Shown here: one piece after another, positions 7,247-10,937 of the stretch | How positions within the stretch are numbered: position 1 is the first letter of the stretch | Layout: each line of letters starts with the position of its first letter | Origin: Candidatus Hermodarchaeota archaeon | Lineage (GTDB): Archaea > Asgardarchaeota > Hermodarchaeia > Hermodarchaeales > Hermodarchaeaceae | Reading direction: 5' to 3' | DNA: 10,937 bases | NCBI GenBank assembly: GCA_016840065.1 | Contig: JAEOTB010000030.1 | Location: 1-10,937 of the forward strand | Translations under genes and position numbers: made by a program | Notes under the pieces: model-generated | Told to the model about the DNA's origin: nothing | What the model saw: the letters and a program-made list of their open reading frames with translations, nothing else | The model's database searches: none

Positions 7247-8560
7247 ATGAAACGCTCGCCAATATCTTTGATAGCCCTGGTTCTGCTAATATCTTTGAGC
7301 GGATTGGCTGGTGGAACTCCCTCACGACTAGCTCAAGATTCTACCGAGATTGGTTCCATCTCACAAGCCCTCAATGAGAACATCATTCGTGAGATTGCTG
7401 AAGGTGAGATTCCGTCACTTCAGGCAGGCATTGTAGTGGGGGAGGAGCTGGTTTGGGCAAAGGGCTACGGTGAGCAAGCCAATCTTGACAATGTGTTCAT
7501 GCTTGGTTCCATCTCAAAGACTTTCGCCTCCACGGCCTTTCTCCAGCTATATGAAGGTGGTACGATTGACTTGGATGCTGACGTTAACACTTACCTAACT
7601 TTCTCGGTTAGGAACCCTAGCTTCCCCTCCACAGTGGTTACTATTCGTCAACTACTCTCTCACACAGCTGGGTTGATGAGGGACTATCCCTATGGTTTGT
7701 ATTGGTATGGTAATTCGATTGTTGGCTGGCTCAACGACAATGTTGGGACCAGTTATCCTTTGTGGCCTGAGCCGCACCCACTCCTTGCCAATATGATCAT
7801 ACCCGCCTGGATGTCTAGCTCAGCAGTCTGGGCTTATGAACCAGGCACAGTGTTTAGCTACTCAAACTTCGGGTATGCCTTTCTCTCTTACCTCTTTGAA
7901 CAGATAGCTGGGCAGTCCCTGCCTGATTATGTAGAGGAGAGCATCATGGCTCCCCTGGGTATGACTGATTCAGGCTATTGGGGGGCGGATTTCCCTGGGC
8001 GGCATGCTTTCCCCCATGAGAGGTTAGCCAATGGAACCATCTGTGAACTACCTGTCTTTGACGCGTGGGATTTTGGAGCAGGTCCGGTGAGGAGCAGCGT
8101 GCCCAGTCTAGCAAGGTTCCTAATCGCTCATATGAATGATGGAACAAGCGGTGGTTTCCAGCTCCTTGAGCCTGAAACAACGGCTCTGATGCATACTCCA
8201 GTTCTTGGAAGCTACGGGCTGGGTTGGTATCACTATGGGGTTAGTGGATCCCAAGGTCATGGCGGGGTAGATATTGGATTTATGGCTGAAATGCAGTTCA
8301 GAGTCAATGAGAGAGGACCCTACGGGGTTATCCTGTTGATTAATCGGGCAAGCACCATTGCTTCACGTGACACTGAATTATTTTCGAGTCAGGCAGCCAT
8401 CATGAATCTGCTTTTTGATGAGGCTGCCATATGGACACCCACAGGATCAACCAGCACCAATCCTACCCCGCCATCATTGCTCCCTTTTCTTTTGACCATT
8501 GGACTGGTCATTGTGTCTGCTGTTGTTGCTTTGGTTATAATCAGGAGAAGAAGAGGTTAA
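7247..8560 (+). CDS. Secreted, membrane-anchored serine hydrolase, class C beta-lactamase/D-peptidase family (copy 2)
   Basis: FMLGSISKTF (SxxK), RQLLSHTAGL, FSYSNFG (YxN), PLGM, YGLGW and QGHGG. Signal peptide MKRSPISLIALVLLISL. Thr/Pro linker, TM helix and RRRRG tail. Confidence 0.93.
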   Translation: MKRSPISLIALVLLISLSGLAGGTPSRLAQDSTEIGSISQALNENIIREIAEGEIPSLQAGIVVGEELVWAKGYGEQANLDNVFMLGSISKTFASTAFLQLYEGGTIDLDADVNTYLTFSVRNPSFPSTVVTIRQLLSHTAGLMRDYPYGLYWYGNSIVGWLNDNVGTSYPLWPEPHPLLANMIIPAWMSSSAVWAYEPGTVFSYSNFGYAFLSYLFEQIAGQSLPDYVEESIMAPLGMTDSGYWGADFPGRHAFPHERLANGTICELPVFDAWDFGAGPVRSSVPSLARFLIAHMNDGTSGGFQLLEPETTALMHTPVLGSYGLGWYHYGVSGSQGHGGVDIGFMAEMQFRVNERGPYGVILLINRASTIASRDTELFSSQAAIMNLLFDEAAIWTPTGSTSTNPTPPSLLPFLLTIGLVIVSAVVALVIIRRRRG

Positions 8561-8850
8561 TCTGAATCCGCTTCTTCCAACCAGGTTATCTCTCTTCCGG
8601 CGAGGGGGTGTATCTGTTGGAGTTGCACTTTGAAGGTGGCGATGTCAACATCTTTTCCGAAGAGTCCTTCAAGGAAGGTCTTTGCTTCTAAGAAGAGGTC
8701 AGTTGTGATTTCACCGAACTCGATGATGAGGTTGACTCTAGCCCTATCATGCTCTCGGTGCCCTTGGGCTTCAACTGTTCCTATTCGCTGTATACCAAAC
8801 CTTCGCCGGAGCTCCTCCTTGTTTTCTCTGATAATTTCCAAGAATTTCAT
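8557..8850 (-). CDS. Minimal nucleotidyltransferase (MNT/MntA-like) fold protein, catalytically degenerate (97 aa)
   Basis: EELRRRFGIQRIG...LIIEF...FLEGLFGKDVDIAT matches the MNT scaffold, but GS and DxD are absent. GAGGTGA lies 5 nt before ATG 8850, which favours this start over TTG 8874. Confidence 0.8.
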   Translation of the reverse strand: MKFLEIIRENKEELRRRFGIQRIGTVEAQGHREHDRARVNLIIEFGEITTDLFLEAKTFLEGLFGKDVDIATFKVQLQQIHPLAGREITWLEEADSD

Positions 8851-9027
8851 TGTTGTCACCTCAAATCCTGTCAAAATACTCGAAGATGTATCCCTTTTTA
8901 GGGTTTTTCTAAGGCTTTCGCAATTAATTTCTTTTGTTTTTCGCCTCCAACAAGAAGTTCTTAAGGGCGTATTGCAAGGTTTTCCTAGAGACTTTCTAGT
9001 GGATATTAGAAAGGAAGGGTATAATCC

Positions 9028-9468
9028 TTGGTGATTCGAGAGTTCGGGTTAATGATCAACGGCATCACCATCATCAGCCGAGAGTACCGTATCGAAGAAA
9101 CCCAAGAGGACTCCTTCCGAGTTATAAGGGATGGCCTGATATCTGCGATTCAAACGATCGCTCAGAGAGCACTCCAGGAACAAGTAGAATCATTCAAGAT
9201 GAGTGGAACTACCATTATCATTAGCTGTAGGCCAGTTATCTTGAAAGGAAGAGAAGAGATACTTTGCGCCTTTGCCATCTGTGACAGAGATGTTCCCGAG
9301 AAACAAGTCAACGAGGCCCTCAACAGAATCTTGACCATTTTCATCCAAACCCAGGTAATCCGATCCTATGGATCCAGTCAAATGTATTCCCGTTTTGTGA
9401 AACGCATCGACGAAGTACTCGGGGACCTCTTGCTAAAACCCGAGGACCGAGTTGCCCTACTTTTCTAG
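9028..9468 (+). CDS. Longin-like domain protein (Asgard-type); start TTG 9028 or GTG 9031
   Basis: About 145 aa with a beta-beta-alpha-beta-beta-beta-alpha-alpha pattern: IREFGLMINGITIISREY / DGLISAIQTIAQRAL / VESFKMSGTTIIIS / LCAFAICD / VNEALNRILTIF / FVKRIDEVL. Confidence 0.72.
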   Translation: MVIREFGLMINGITIISREYRIEETQEDSFRVIRDGLISAIQTIAQRALQEQVESFKMSGTTIIISCRPVILKGREEILCAFAICDRDVPEKQVNEALNRILTIFIQTQVIRSYGSSQMYSRFVKRIDEVLGDLLLKPEDRVALLF

Positions 9469-9473
9469 AAGAA

Positions 9474-10223
9474 CTAGGGGACATCCCCGAAAAAGGCTGC
9501 AATCTTTAGTAGGCTGTTTTTTCGCCAGCCAACGCATTTGCCGTAGTAGCCCTCCTTTAGCCTCAACTGTTCTCTACCCACCGGTTCGACAAGCTCCATC
9601 AATTTCTCTACACTCCCTGGCGATAGTGGATACTCAATGTGGAGGTGCTGGGCTCCAATCATGTTGAAAAGGTTCTGGAGGAGGAACTCGTGGAAGAATT
9701 CCTTGCGGAGATCAGGCCACTCTATGAGGAGGAGCTTCACAACTGTCTCACTGAGGTTTTCCATCCAACTCATCTTCGCATCCCAGAGCTGCCAGCAGGT
9801 ATCTTGAACCTCATCCGAGTATCCCTGCTTATCGAGGCGAATTTTCATTGCACCCTCTGAAAAGTCAAAGGCATTATGCCTAAGTTTCATTGAATAGTCC
9901 TTGATGAGGGCGTCCTTCTCCATCTTGGATGCAGCCTTTTCTGTTTGAGTTCTGACAAAAGCCAAGTGTTCCGGGACAGGCTTCAATCGAAATAGGATTC
10001 TCAATGGTTTACCCGGCGTTTGTTCGGTCTTGAAATGCCAAGTTGACAACATGTTCTGGGCCTTGAAGGCATTCACAGTCTCAGCAAAGCTCAGTAGTGT
10101 TTGGCGAAAGTCGTGTGTTTCGTTGCAGGTAAGCCTTACATAAACCCAGTTTTCCGGTGAATCGACCAAGTCAATATTCCCCGAATTATAGCTCCTTTGG
10201 TGGCTTATTAAATTTCTTTTCAA
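9474..10223 (-). CDS. Hypothetical protein, possibly a divergent stand-alone lantibiotic dehydratase C-terminal (Lant_dehydr_C)-like domain; likely start TTG 10169
   Basis: The motif order NWVYVRL ... STWHF ... RILFRL ... ENLSETVVKLL ... QNLFNMIG parallels WLYxKLY ... WFFxRY ... HLRLRF ... FxxDSxxVLxLL ... HMxxNRLG. The first 18 codons of the predicted ORF contain a BRE/TATA-like element. Confidence 0.55.
   Translation of the reverse strand: MKRNLISHQRSYNSGNIDLVDSPENWVYVRLTCNETHDFRQTLLSFAETVNAFKAQNMLSTWHFKTEQTPGKPLRILFRLKPVPEHLAFVRTQTEKAASKMEKDALIKDYSMKLRHNAFDFSEGAMKIRLDKQGYSDEVQDTCWQLWDAKMSWMENLSETVVKLLLIEWPDLRKEFFHEFLLQNLFNMIGAQHLHIEYPLSPGSVEKLMELVEPVGREQLRLKEGYYGKCVGWRKNSLLKIAAFFGDVP
10205..10220 (-). 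promoter_or_regulatory. Candidate BRE/TATA promoter for the 9474-10169 gene
   Basis: The minus strand reads AAAAGAAA-TTTAATAA, 36 nt upstream of the in-frame TTG at 10169. Confidence 0.55.
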
Positions 10224-10225
10224 AA

Positions 10226-10936
10226 CTAGGGGTTGGGGCTCTCTGCATCAGTCCAGTCGAAGGTTTCGGCAGCTTCTCGCCACACAGCATCGGGGATGAT
10301 CTCCTGCCCTGCAAAGCCCCTTATAGAAGCTAGGTTGTAGGCATGTTTGAGGAAATAATCGGCGACGTTCTGACCTGTTTCGATGCTGAGTAGAAATGCT
10401 CTTGCGAGGGCACCACCCTCAGAGAGTAAACCACTTTCTCGAAAAGCAGTGCGGATGAGTTTCAGGTCGTAGGGAACAAGGTGATGGGTAGGTTGCCATC
10501 GATTCTTCTCCCATGTCAGAACCGCGTACTGTGCCTCTATTTCTCCGTTTAATGGACCACAGACAGCGCCTGGATTTAAGACTAAGCGATGGTCCTGTTC
10601 TAGCTTCCAAGGAATGTGTGTATGTCCGCAGACCAAGACTGGCTCTTGAATCTGCTTCAGGGCGATCTCAACTGCTTTAGGGTCATATTCAGGGTATAGG
10701 TGTTCAGTCGGATTCCTTGGAGACCCGTGAACCACTCGAATTGCTGCCTTATTCGGTATTGTCACAACTCGTTGTGTGGGGAGCATCTGCAGGAACGCTA
10801 GATTGTCTGGGTTTATGTGCTGTACTGACCATCGGAGGAGTGCCCATTGGAGGCTAGTGTACCTACCATCGGGGGCGTCACCTGCAACATACTCTATCAG
10901 GTCAGCATCGGAATTCCCACGAATCATCCAACAATC
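10226..10936 (-). CDS. Metallophosphoesterase (calcineurin-like, YfcE/MJ0936-related), 5'-truncated by the window edge
   Basis: Motifs IRGNSD, VVHGSP, CGHTH and LNPGAV. The frame is open to the edge (DCWMIRGN), and the N-terminal DxH and GD motifs lie outside the window. Confidence 0.9.
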   Translation of the reverse strand, partial: DCWMIRGNSDADLIEYVAGDAPDGRYTSLQWALLRWSVQHINPDNLAFLQMLPTQRVVTIPNKAAIRVVHGSPRNPTEHLYPEYDPKAVEIALKQIQEPVLVCGHTHIPWKLEQDHRLVLNPGAVCGPLNGEIEAQYAVLTWEKNRWQPTHHLVPYDLKLIRTAFRESGLLSEGGALARAFLLSIETGQNVADYFLKHAYNLASIRGFAGQEIIPDAVWREAAETFDWTDAESPNP

Positions 10937-10937
10937 C

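Noticed and set aside
5423-8560. Calling the hydrolases ampC antibiotic-resistance genes
   Set aside because: They have HGG rather than the AmpC KTG motif and are membrane-anchored; the fold alone does not imply beta-lactamase function.
8557-10223. Complete MNT-HEPN toxin-antitoxin pair using a neighbouring ORF as the HEPN toxin
   Set aside because: The neighbours look alpha/beta rather than all-helical, show no convincing HEPN Rx4-6H context, and are not operonic with the MNT.
7944-10610. ORFs 7944-8180, 8630-9034, 9162-9344, 9190-9381, 9452-9667, 9639-9860 and 10419-10610
   Set aside because: All overlap better-supported genes and show no recognisable motifs.
1-10937. CRISPR array, tRNA/rRNA, transposase or integrase
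   Set aside because: I found no regularly spaced repeats, cloverleaf or rRNA-like segments, or DDE/tyrosine-recombinase motifs.

Overview
This is an archaeal-looking accessory region with BRE/TATA-like elements, GAGGT/GGTGAGG ribosome-binding motifs and tightly packed convergent genes. A small longin-like gene points to an Asgard-type lineage (inference). From left to right it holds: the 3' part of a 33-aa helical-repeat (TPR-like) protein, an MFS transporter, a secreted C-terminally anchored BPL_N/class I glutamine-amidotransferase-like protein whose catalytic Cys is replaced by Tyr, a ~500 bp intergenic region with hairpins and unannotated small ORFs, three membrane proteins, two paralogous secreted and anchored SxxK serine hydrolases (class C beta-lactamase/D-peptidase fold), a catalytically degenerate minimal nucleotidyltransferase with no HEPN partner, a longin-like protein, a divergent stand-alone lantibiotic-dehydratase C-terminal-like protein, and a 5'-truncated metallophosphoesterase. 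I see no rRNA, tRNA, CRISPR array or transposase. The most notable signals are three intact ORFs with apparently lost catalytic residues, a cluster of surface-anchored hydrolase-fold proteins with similar C-terminal anchors, and a repeated 18-nt motif associated with hairpins. All family calls come from reading motifs by eye; no searches were run.
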